This document shows positions 12,278 to 24,066 of a stretch of 64,000 nucleotides of DNA, in pieces. Each line of letters starts with the position of its first letter. Position 1 is the first letter of the stretch. Source of the stretch: the human T2T-CHM13v2.0 reference genome, Homo sapiens. The position numbers and the translations under genes were made by a program. The DNA is taken from assembly GCF_009914755.1 (NCBI RefSeq), contig NC_060935.1. One strand, 5' to 3'. The notes under the pieces are model-generated. The model searched no databases, was not told the DNA's origin, and saw nothing but the letters and a program-made list of their open reading frames with translations.

Positions 12278-13464
12278 TATTAACTTTTTTTCTTTAGCAA
12301 TTGAGTAGGAATTTTCTTGTTTTAATGTAAATCAATTATTTTCAGCTATGTCACCACCATAAAATCAAAGCTAGAGTGCACAGATTTCATGCCCTCAGCT
12401 TTTTTCTTGATTCTTTCCATGGTTTTTTATGGAATTGAAGCTAACCCCTTTTGTCTCTTCTCCTCCCCCAGTGCAATGGAAGCACTAGTCTCAGGTAGGA
12501 AATCTCACCCAAGTGGAGAAAAGTGGAGCCCCAGAAAGGGGTGGTGTGTGCTGTATCTCACCATTTTCTTAAGTGTTTCCTCCCACTGCTGATCAAACCC
12601 TAATTATTGTTGAGACCGTGTGTGTGCCTTTCTCTAAGTATATTTATTCTGATGTGAAGTCATTTCTAGGAGCATAGCTGATATCGTTGAAACTGTTTGC
12701 TGAGTGCATTATCTTTTTTTTGCAAAGCATTATGACAGTCTCTATCCAAATCAGCATTTTGCCTGATTCCATTAAGCAGTGGCCTAGGAAAAACAAAACA
12801 GGAAGCTCAGGCATGCTTATGCATGCTGGCACATGCTTGTGTGTATATATACAAACATAGTATACATATATTTATATATTAGATGCCATGACATCTAGAA
12901 GGGATGTAACCCAGGGATTGGCTGGCTATTGATGTACATATAATCAGGAATATTTTGATCTGTTAAGTTTATTTATATCTTAACTTTTTCCATTTTTACA
13001 ATAAAATCATTTACATGAAGGTTGATACTGAAAAAGGAAATGAATATAATGAGTATCAGAACTAAAGAAACGAACAGGCAGTGTCGCGCATCAGCTTAGC
13101 TGAGAAATATATCCTTGCTGTAATTAAACATCAAACTTGTCTCTGAACTTCCTCAATAGAAGCAAGTGCCAGAGGCTCTGCTCGCAGTGCCCCTCTGAGG
13201 GGCTTGCAGTCGCTGTCTGTGTGGAGGATTTGGGCACTTCAACATGGAGAGCCGCTCCTTCCTCCACTGCCCTGCCCAGGAGTGACAAGAACTTGCTTAC
13301 GGCAGACTGTAGTGAGCAAAACTGAATCGCAAGGACAAAGAGCCCAACACATTTTCCTGAAGTTTAACTGTTTTCTAGAGAATAAAAGCAGGAAAGAACA
13401 GTTTTAGATTTGAGTATTTTCAGATTAAAAATACTTTGTTATGAGTGGTGACATAGGGAGAATA

Positions 13465-13668
13465 GTGCTTTACCGAATACTCCTTATCTGTTATCTCTTC
13501 ATCAGGCATTATTTATATGATATATGATATCAACTCTTCCCAACAAGCCTAAAGAAATTCCACTATCATCACAGAGCAAAGAAAACTGAGTCTCTAGAAA
13601 GGCTGAAGAATTTGCTGACGGTCACCCAAGTAGTAAGAACCAGAGCCGGGATTTAAACTCAGATCCAA
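13465..13668 (-). mobile_element. MIR
   Basis: gaaaactgagtctctaga...ggtcacccaagtagtaag...gggatttaaactcag. Confidence 0.7.
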
Positions 13669-13710
13669 TCAAATTCCTACAGTTTCATTTATTGAAGTGC
13701 AGAGCATTGT

Positions 13711-13944
13711 GTGTGCCGTAACGATGGGGCATAGTCTCACTGCTGATGGTGGCACAGGCATCTGGGATATCACGTAGAGATCCAACCCGTGTGCCGTAGC
13801 AATGGGGCTTAGTCTCACTGCTGATGGTGGCACAGGCATCTGGGATATCACGTAGAGATCCAACCCGTGTGCCGTAACAATGGGGCTTAGTCTCACTGCT
13901 GATGGTGGCACAGGCATCTGGGGTATCACGTAGAGATCCAACCC
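13711..13944. repeat. 78-bp tandem repeat, 3 copies
   Basis: Units start at 13711, 13789 and 13867. Confidence 0.95.
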
Positions 13945-14214
13945 CTGTAACATCAAGGCCTCATAGTCAAAAGAGAAGACTATGTGAGGCAGAGCCCGTT
14001 CAAACAGAGGTCTTGTAAGAGAAGTGCTGCAGGCCCAGGGAATCTGTTGTGTCCAGGGAATTTTAAACCCATACAAGGACAGCCTGGCTGTTCCATTTTC
14101 TACGAAGCTGGGGAATAGTACTGAGTTCCTCAGATCATTCTTCTCCTTACTCTTTCCCATAATTTCAGAATCATGCAAGAGTCAAGAGATTTCACACTTT
14201 CCAGCACCCACATC

Positions 14215-14380
14215 TTTATCTATATTTATATTTATATGTCTATATATCTATATCTACATTTACATCTATCCATATATCTCAGATCTATCTACATATCTAC
14301 CTATCATCTAATCTATCTATTACCTATCTATCTCTTATCTATCTATCTGTCAGTCCTCTATCTATCATCGATCTATCTTA
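14215..14380. repeat. (TCTA)n-like degenerate microsatellite
   Basis: Direct reading. Confidence 0.85.
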
Positions 14381-15974
14381 AATATGTTGAGAGATAGAGA
14401 CACTTACTCTCCAGGTTCTCTGCAGAGCCCTGACTACTAAGGGAAGTTACCAAATACGATGAGGGACAGGACGCATATTTGTGAGGGCAGAGGAGCATCT
14501 TATTTCCCAAGTGGAGTGTGGAGCCCCACGGAGCTCTAAGTGAGCCAGTGTTTCAAACCTCCCCAATGCGCTGTGTTCAACGGCTCCCAAGGAGGCATTG
14601 TCTCTACGTCTGGCCTGCACTACCACAACAAGGCCTGAGGCTTTGCATCAGAAAGGGCGTCCAAACCAGGAAGGCTGCGAAAGGAAAAGGGAGATGCCTT
14701 TTCTTGGGATTGCTGGGATTAAACCAGCTTAGAATCTGGATTTAAGTATAAAGGCCACATGGCTGCTCTCTCTGCAAGGTTTGAATTTGCTCCAAACTGA
14801 GAAGTGGACGTGCCTCCCGGAGCAGGTTTATCTTGAAAAGGAGAAACAACTGGGGTTAAGCTGAGTCTCTCAGGAGGCCAAGAGTACTTCCTTTCTGGGT
14901 GGGGCTTGTGTTGTGTTGGCCCCCAGGCAGGGGTTCAAATGGCATCTCACTTCCCCATCTCTCCAGCGTGTGGGCTGGCATCCACGGTCCTTCCTGCTTC
15001 TCTGCTCATCATGGGGAATTGACTCAATTCAGAACATTGGCCAGTAATTGTCTCAGAAGGTGACAAGGGCAGCCTGTGCAGTGGCTCAGGAAATGGGAAG
15101 AGGCCTCATTTCCTGCATTTGGATGGATGGACTCAGCCTGAATTCTGTTTGGAGTGGAGTTTGACAGATGCTTATAATAACTGTCTCTTACACTACACAA
15201 AATCAGCAACTGTCTGTGCAGGAGACTGGCTGTGTTCCATTTGCTAGAAAAGAAGCCAGAGAAAATAGCCCTAAAAATCAGCATGGAGGGTTTGGATTAG
15301 CCAGTTGAGGTCTTTTCTGATGTGGGTAGACCGGGAAAGCCTTTTTCAGGAAGAGGGAGCACCTCCTGCTTGGTGCCTCCGGAGTTTGTCACACCTGATA
15401 TTATAAAAGGTCTTGTCGGAAAGGACCAGGAATGAAGCTCCCATGCAGCGCATGGCAGGCACATCCTGGATCCATGCAAGGTGATTTATGTGTGGTCACT
15501 TTCCTGCATCTGGCAACAACCCTGAGAGACGATGCAGGTGATAACCTCCGAGATGACTGCACAAGCTCGCATAATCATACACACAGAAAGATTAATGGTT
15601 CACACTCACAGGGCCCTTGTGATTTGCCAGGAAATTCTCTAAGCAGGAATGGGCAGGACAGAAGTGTTGACCTTCAAGCCCAAGTGAGAGCTGCTACTTA
15701 TCTTTCCCTGAACCCAGTGCCCCCCTACTGGATGTATGCCTTGGACAGAAAATAAAATCTGCAGGTGAACTGAAAGTTAGTTCCAAACAGCCCTACCTAG
15801 GGACCCCTCTCCTTGGCAAACAGAAAAAGGAATACTTCTCCTTGTTCTGCAAGAACATCCCTTGTCCTTCGGTGAGACACTCAGAGACCAGCAGGCAGGA
15901 GGTGAGGCCAGTGTCTCCAGCCCAAGCAGCAGGAGTGAGTGTTGACAGTCTGGGGTTGAGGAGCAGTACACATG

Positions 15975-16380
15975 CATCGGTTGGAGCTGCTTTCAGCAGC
16001 TGATGAAATAATCACTGGCCAACAGTAACTTAGACAAATAGCACTTTCTATTTTTCACATAATGAAAAATCAGAAGGTAAGTGACAGCTCAGTGGTGTCA
16101 GACCTAAATATCTGCAGTTCCTATGACTTCTTCCACTTTGCTTGTCATATGGTTGCCAGAGCCCTGGACATTACATCCTCATTCAAGGCAGAGAGAAGTT
16201 GAGGGAGGAGGAGGGTTTTTTCTTTATCAAAAAGGCAAATGTTCCCTGGCATCTCATGACTAAGGGTTGGGTCGCATGGTGAAACTGAGCTGTAAGGCTG
16301 AGTGGGTCACTCCCTAGGCTTCGTAGTGGAAAGTCACTAGAGGGAGAGGAGGCTGAGAATAGACACTGGTCAGTCAACTA
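15975..16380 (-). mobile_element. Old MaLR LTR (MLT1K/L-like)
   Basis: atggttgccagagccctggacattacatcctcattcaaggcag. Confidence 0.5.
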
Positions 16381-17181
16381 GGAAACCTAGAGACTCTCAG
16401 GAAAGTGCCAAGAAAATAAATTTTACAAAGGGATGAGCTCCTGTTAGCTAAGGGAAGATAGGAGGGGAAAGTTGAGTTATCTCAATTTAGACATGAATGT
16501 GACCTTACTTGCCTCCCCTCTGCTACAGAGACTTTGGGCTCTTTCCAAAAAGCCAGTTCTCATCTTCCTTAAGGGTGAGCTCTTCCAATGCACTAAAAGG
16601 GACAGCCCATCCCTGCCTCCCTTCCCTCATTTCTTCCTACTCATTGATGCACCCATGCTAAAATCACCTTCTCCTGGCAGGCAGGGCTCTGCATCAGCCC
16701 ACTGGTTGGTCTTCTTGTGTCTAGACTTGTCCACATGAGCCTGCCCTCTGTATGATATCCAACTGGATCTCACTGAAATGCAAATTTGACCGTGTTACCC
16801 TGGTGCTTCAAATCCCTCAATGCCCCACCCTGATCTCCTTGAGGGCAAAGTCTAAGCTCACAGGCACAGTGCACATGCCCCCTGGACAAGGTCTCCCCGA
16901 TACCCACTTTCCCTCCAGTCTTGGCACTCACCATGGCACAGGCTCCCTTCATGCCGCAGATCTGCATGTTGTTTTGCAAACACCCATGCAGGCAGGACCA
17001 TGCTGAGAGCCAGGATCTGGTGTTGGCCCAGCTGGGTTTGAAACCTAGCCCTGTCTTACTAGCAAGATGAGTGAGGGCAAGTATTCTACCTCTCTGTGCT
17101 GTAGGTTTTGCAACTCTTACCAGGAGACAATGTTTTCTCCATAGGCTGTTTTAAGGATTAAATGTGTTTAGTCACCTAAGG

Positions 17182-17493
17182 CAGCAGTCCCCAACCGTTT
17201 TGGCACTAGGGACCGGTTTCATGGAAGACAATTTTTCCATGGACAGGAGGGTGTTTTTGGATGAAACTTTTCCACCTCAGATCATCAGGCATTCATTCTC
17301 AAAATAATCACATAGCCTAGATCCCTCACATGTGCAGTCACTCCTATGAGAATCTAATGCCGTGGCCGACTTGACAGGAGGCTGACCTCAGGTCTAATGC
17401 TCGCTTACCCGCAGGTCACCTCCTGCTGTGCGGCCCAGTTCTTAACAGGCCTCTGACCAGTACCAGTCTGCAGCCCAGAGTTGGGGACCCCTA
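17182..17493 (+). mobile_element. MER1B (hAT-Charlie) inserted in a MIR
   Basis: TIRs cagcagtccccaac / gttggggacccct; 8-bp TSD ACCTAAGG at 17174-17181 and 17494-17501. Confidence 0.9.
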
Positions 17494-19464
17494 ACCTAAG
17501 GCACTTAGAGAAAGCATGGCAAGTTTTCATTGGCAAGCACCCCCTGTGGCTGACACCTTTCTGCACTGCAGGCCCTGGCTAACAAGGCTGAAGAGTGCAT
17601 TTGGGCTCAGTTGGACCAGGACTTGAATCCCAGGAGCACCTGGTACCAATAAAGTAATATTGAGCTTCAGTGTCATCAGCCATAAAATGTGAATAATAAT
17701 AATTCCCATCTCATGGGGTGGTGGTGGGAATAAAATGAGAACATGTATTTAAGCACTCAGCATGGTGCCTGGCTCACAGCAAGGACTCAATAAACATTAA
17801 CTGTCCCATTCCTATCAATGCCATGGGGACTCCACTCACGTGCCTTTTTCAGGAGGATTTCCCTCTCTGCAATGGCTGCTTCCCTTTGCCTGTGCTGAGA
17901 GAGCCCTCTAGTGCAGCCCTTGTCACATTCCAATGGAAATGGGCTGCCCGTTCCTCTCTCCTACCAGAGCGAGACCCTAAATACTCCCAGCGCAGAGACC
18001 TGAATCTTCTATCGTGGTGGATTTGGCCATATCTTGTGTCATAAAATAGGTGTTCTGCTGAACCAAAAGGAATTTCTCCATTAAGAGCAACTTAATTAAA
18101 TCTTCTGATCAAGTGAGGTTCTTCATATTACAAGGTAGAAATGTCAGGAAAAAAAAAACCTTAGTGATGCCTCTGTCTCTTTGCTTACAGACCTTAAAAC
18201 AACCAAACAAGCAAACAACAACAACAAAAAAACCCAGAAAGTTGTTTGGCATAAGAGAATGGACAGAATTCTGTGTAATTCTTAGAATCAATGCCAATTA
18301 ATAGACTGTGACTGTGCTGAGAAATCATATGTAAAACACACTTACAAAGGGTTTTAGAATTTACTTGAAAATTGCCCAACTGTTTTAGTTGGTTTTTGGA
18401 AAACCACCACATAGAGTTAGTGAAAATCTGGAACTATCTTTTTTTTTTTTACAAACACAACATAATATTTATACTGAAATGCATTTTCCTTCAAAAGCCT
18501 TCTCCCTATGAAGGCCGCTCTTATAATCATGTGGGAACCAGCCCCTTTGGCACTGCCTTCAGCAGCACATTTGGTCTTGTCTTCAGGCACAGTTTAACTT
18601 TTTATGGGGTGTTTGATTTTGGGAAATAATCAAAATCTTCTGGTGCCAAATCAGACAAGGTAAGGAATCAGGATGCCAGACAGACAAGATGAAGGGCCAG
18701 ATGTGGCCACAGAGTGATGGGGCTGGGTTCTGTGTGCAGTTCTTAAAACAGATATGGGAGGCTTGTGTGAAAGAAAGTCTGGGATGACTGGTTGAGTAGG
18801 GAAGGAGATTGACTGCAGATGTACTGAGTCAGAAGCCTGGACCTGCCATCCATGAGCTGTATGACTTTAGGAAGCCCCATTTCTTCATCTTAACAGTGGG
18901 AATAACATCACCCTCCTGCAGCATCATATCATGAGTTAGAAATAAACATGTATACATGTGTAGCATGTCTTGGTGCTAAACACAAGTAATTATTAATTTA
19001 AAAAAGTTATGAGTGGCACCATTGGAATTAAGTATATAATCTTCCAAAAGGGTGATTCTTAAAGATAGCATGTACCTAGCTATAACATTCATTTATTCAT
19101 CGACTCTATTTTTCAACAAATGTACATTGAGTACTTATTTCAGACCTAGTACTGTTTTAGGTTAGGATATAATAAAATTATGAAACTAACAAATCCTTTG
19201 TCCTTCTATAAACAAAATAATATAAAATAGTGTATCAACAAAATGATATTAACAAACCTAAAATATAATAAGGAGAATTAAGAAGAACAGTAAGAGAGCT
19301 GCTATTTTTATATAGGGTGGTCAGGGAAAGCCTCCTTAGGCAAGGAAAACCTGAGCACATTCAGGGAACAAGCAGAGACGAACCATGTGGACCTCTGGAA
19401 GAAGAGAGTTTCAGGTTAAGAAAAGAATGGGGACAAAAGTTTTGAATATGTTGTGTTGTAATAA

Positions 19465-19925
19465 ATGGATGGATGCATGAATAGATGGATGCATGAATAG
19501 ATGAATGCATGGTTGGATGGATAGATGAATGGATGGATGGATGGATGGATGGATGGATGGATGGATGCATGGATGAATGGATGGATGGACGGATGGATGC
19601 ATGGATGGATGGATGGATGGATAGATGGATGCATGGATGGATGCATGAATGGATGAATAGATTCATGGATAGATTTATGGATGGATGGATGGATGGATGG
19701 ATGGATGGATGGATGGATGGTTGGAGGCATGGATGGTTGGAGGCATGGATGGATGCGTGCATGGATGCACAAATGAATAGATCCACAGATGGATGGATGC
19801 ATGCATCGATGGATGGATGGATGGTTGGAGACATGGGTGGTTGAGGCATGGATGAATGAATGAATAGATGGATAGATCAATGGATGGGTACATGGATGAA
19901 TGGATGCATAGATGGATGGAGGGAT
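19465..19925. repeat. (GGAT)n complex microsatellite
   Basis: ATGG arrays with ATGC/ATGA/ATAG variants. Confidence 0.95.
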
Positions 19926-20559
19926 CATGAATGAGGAGTTAGAGAGACAGAAAAATTATTTAAAGGAAGGGGATCACACCGTGTATGCACACCCTAAAAG
20001 GGCTGGTTCTGCACTCAGGTGCTCTCTGGGACTGTGGAATGCTAGACCACGCTGCACTGTTTCTGCTGCCTCAAATGGAATGAATTTACTATAGGGCAGT
20101 TGCTAATTCTCATCACTGTTCTCCAAAACAGTGGACATGACAAATCTTCTCATTTTTTTAAGTCTCACACATTTCACTGTGTGGAGGACCAGCAATCTAA
20201 ATGTCAATGTCCTAGTGGCCACACTTTTCTAGTATTTCCAATGTGCTTCTCCAAGCCCCAAAGGATCAAGGCTTGAAAGAGGCATTCACCTCACTTGGTC
20301 ATCCAGCTCTAGAGACGATGAAGACGGTCCCAGCCCACCTCCCACTCAGATGGCAAGCCACTTGTCTAGAGAGCACAGGGAAGTGTTGGAGAGAAGAACA
20401 TATTCTGTAACCACAACCAATGAAACCACACAATAGCACAACAGGGCCTGCACTGAAGACAAAAGTAACTGTTGACTTGGCATTTATTTCTATTTAAGCA
20501 TTTGGAAAACACAGACCCCAAAGGAAGCACCCGTGTGCGAGTTAGGAACATAAATTTGA

Positions 20560-20773
20560 TTTATTTATTTATCTTGAGATAGGGTCTTTCTCTGTTGCCC
20601 CGGCTGGAGTGCAGTGGTGCAATCTTCCACACCCGGCTAATTTTTGTATTTTTTGTAGAGACAGGGTTTCACCATATTTCCCAGGCTGGTCTCGAACTCC
20701 TGACCTCAAGCCATCCACCGGCCTCGGCCTTACAAAGTGCTGGGATTACAGTCATGAGCCACCGCGTCCAACC
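20560..20773 (-). mobile_element. AluS-like element with internal deletion
   Basis: Jumps from ggtgcaatctt directly to ccacacccggctaattttt. Confidence 0.85.
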
Positions 20774-23700
20774 TCAAATGTCTTTTAGAGCAGGAACTGG
20801 CAGTGGTGTGGAAGCCAGGGAAGCATGTGGAGGCTGTGAGAACTGCAGGGGTGGGTGCAATATGGACTTTGGGTGTCAGGACCCTGCTATGGTGCAGAAC
20901 TGACAAGCGGCCGACACTCAGCAAATGGCCAGGAAGGCTCCCTGCAGTGTCACAGCCAGGCATTCTGAGCTCCAGGAATACAGAGGTACAGAGACGTGTG
21001 GGGGAAGCAAAGAAGAGCAGCTGCTAGAGCATTCGTTCTGCCTCCACACCTCACCCGCAAATCCAGCCTGTGGGTTTGGTATCGTCTGGGGCCACGGGCT
21101 GGGGTGGACCTGGCGATAAATATCTCCCCTGCCTTTTCCAGAGATGTAACTGGAACAGGTGTTGGATGTGCTCTGTGAAATTTACATGACCACCCCTATC
21201 CGTCCCTAACAATCCCCTCAGAGAGTTATTGCATCATTGGATAACGAGTCTCTGACCTCACTTGGCTCGCAGTGTAGACCTCTTGGCTCACTGCCAGGAG
21301 GAAGGAACAGGGTGCTGAAGGGAGTGCACTGGCACCAGAGGCCCAGTACTGAGCACAGCAGACAGAAGGAGGAACCCGACCATGCCACCGGGGCCGACAA
21401 GGGACTCATGGAAGCTGCTTCTTGGCCCTCCCTCCTGGGTGAGGATCTCGAACCCTCAGATGGGCTCTGGCCTGTGCCTGCAGGCCTCCCTCTGTGACGT
21501 CTGTAGGACCTACACCCCACCCTGCAGGGGTTGCCCCTGGACTTCCATAGCTGGGTCTCAGGAGTGGGAAGTGGAGTCACCAGCTTGCAGCCATCTGGGA
21601 AGTGTTCCTATTGAGGGGTGGCGTGCAAGAGAGCCATCCCCTTCAGCTGTGGAAACTGAGGCACAGGAGACTAATGTTGTCAGGTTCCAGTGAGCATCTG
21701 TTGTACTTTGCAGTAGCAGACAAATGGGGTATCCACTGAGGAGAATTTTGGAACAGCCAGTGGCTTGGTTATTAAGGGGTGTGGGTGAGTTGGACTGGGG
21801 GCTGTTGCTTTATGTGACCCCAGCAACACCTTAGCAGAACCCGGCTGGGCCACTTTTCTCCATGAAGCTGCTCGCACAGCACAGGCCTTAGAGGGGGCAC
21901 AGTGTAGCTTCAGCTGCCCATTCAAGAAGGACCCCCTGCTGCGGGCCTGAGGAGCCTGGAGAACAAACCTCCGGAATGTGCCCCACTTCCTGGCTCATGG
22001 CCTGCTCAGCCCCCGCCCCTCCCACCCCCGGCACTGGTGGCTGGGTTCGGCTTCTCCATCTTGGATGTGGTGCCTCTCTCCACTCACCTTGCCAATGACA
22101 GAGTGATCGTCCTAAAGCCCAGCACTGGCCTTGCCACTGTGCCCAGAACCCACCATGTCCTCCACTGTCCAAAGCCATTCAGGCCCCTTCCAGTCTGTTC
22201 CAATTGCATCCCTTCTTCCCCAGACCACAGCCAGAGCCCAAGCCTTACTTTCCCAATGCCTGATGGGAACGCCCACCCACTGCCAGGCTGAACAGGGGCC
22301 ATGTACTCTGGTCTATTCTGGGTTGTCCCCACAACTTTATTTTGCATTTCCTCATCACCACTGCCAAACCCCCAAACTCTCCGTTTCATATTCTTAGGTA
22401 ACCATAAAGTGCAATCTTTCCTAGATGGTTCTGATATAATTGTTAATAGCATCCTTTTCATTCACAAAAATGTCCAACTTAGGCAACAGATTCTATGGGC
22501 GTTCTACAGACACACCCTTGGCCAGTGGCCCCCTCAGGCCGGTGAGCAAAGGGGAGCCCTGCTCTGTGTCCTACCCCACTCCCAAGGCCCAGCTGAGTGC
22601 CTTCCCTATCACTCCCTTCGCCGCCCACAGCTGTGATCTCCCCATTGATGACCCCATGGTGCTGGGTGGCAGGGGTGAGAGCACATGGTTGATCGTTCTT
22701 CTGAAGTGCATGTGAAAGGCTGTGTAAGATTATGGAGCATCTTTCTGGGTCCCACCCTATTTTCCAAGAATCAGTCACCAAAAAAAGTGCTCTGTGGCCA
22801 CTCAACCAGGCCAGGAGGCCCCAGGTCCAAACAGGGCCTTCAGCTGAGGGCAGGCATGGCTTCAGTCATCAGGCCCTTCCTAGGCTGCAAGATCGGACAA
22901 TGTCACAGAGCTAGGGCAATGTCCACCCCAGCTCCTCATGGTCCACCAGAGCAAGTGTCTCCAAGCCTGTGGATGCTGCTGAAAGTCCCAACCTTTCTGT
23001 CTGCTCCTGAAGGCAGGCAGGGCCAGGGCAGCCTTGCCGATGCACCGGGGGCAGAGCTGAGGCAGGCATTTGGGCTTGATTAAGCCCCAGACCTGCAGAG
23101 TCCCACCCAGTGCTCTGTGATTCTCTAGAGGGATCCTGAAGGAGCCAATGGTGGCATCAGAACTGCCCAGGTCCTTCAGGCCACAATGAACCTTTGGAAG
23201 CCTTACAGGCTGCTTGTTGTGCTGGAGTCAGACGAGGTGCTGGCATCTAGGGATGGGAAAAGAGAAGCGAAAGAGGACAGTTTTCAGTACTGGTTCACTG
23301 CCTTCCTGGTTTGCCCGGGACCCAGTACTCTCCCCAGCTCCACCTCCGCAAAGGTCACTCACTGCATTTCTGTCCAAGAGGCTTTTGCCACAGGCTTTAG
23401 TTTTCACTGAGGGCTTATTCCCAAAAAGAGAATCTCAAATGCCTGGGGAGGCAGCTATGGGAGAGAAGCACTTGCCAAAGACTGCTCAAGTCTCCCTAAC
23501 GGCCCTTGAGCCTAGACATAAGAAGGCCAGGCTGCTGGGTGAGTCAGCCCTACCTGTGGCAGATGCCAATGGCTCCTCTGTGCCCAGGAGACCTGGGCAG
23601 TAGGAGGGAGGTCTCCCACCAGCTCCCACCCCAGGCTTATGTCCCAGACAAGACAGGAGGCAATGAAACTGCCTGGGTGTGACTCCTGCCAGCCTCTTCC

Positions 23701-24066
23701 TCAGGAAGGGGAATTTAGCAGGCTTGGATCTGGCAGAAAATGACTTCCCAGGCTCCTTGCACACCTTTCCCTCCACACAGGAAGCCCAAGTGGAGCTGGG
23801 AACTGAGGCAGAGACAGGTCTGGTGGGCCACGCTGGGAGCCACAGCCCTTATCCCCAGGGCTGCAGTGTGGGGGTCTAGGTCCTGGAGCAGGGAGGGGGC
23901 TGTGGCTCTGAATATCCTTGTGCAGGATCTGGTGCTCAGCTGAGATCCAGAAAATGCTTCCCTGTCTGCTAACCCAAGCCCGTCTTGTATCCAGGGCCCC
24001 TTGCCATGTCTTTCCTTCGTGGAAATGTCCAAAGCAGGCCAGGTGAAGCTAAGAAGAGAAGAGTAC

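Noticed and set aside
19361-19928. HPSI/MDGW repeat ORFs
   Set aside because: They are translations of the (GGAT)n microsatellite.
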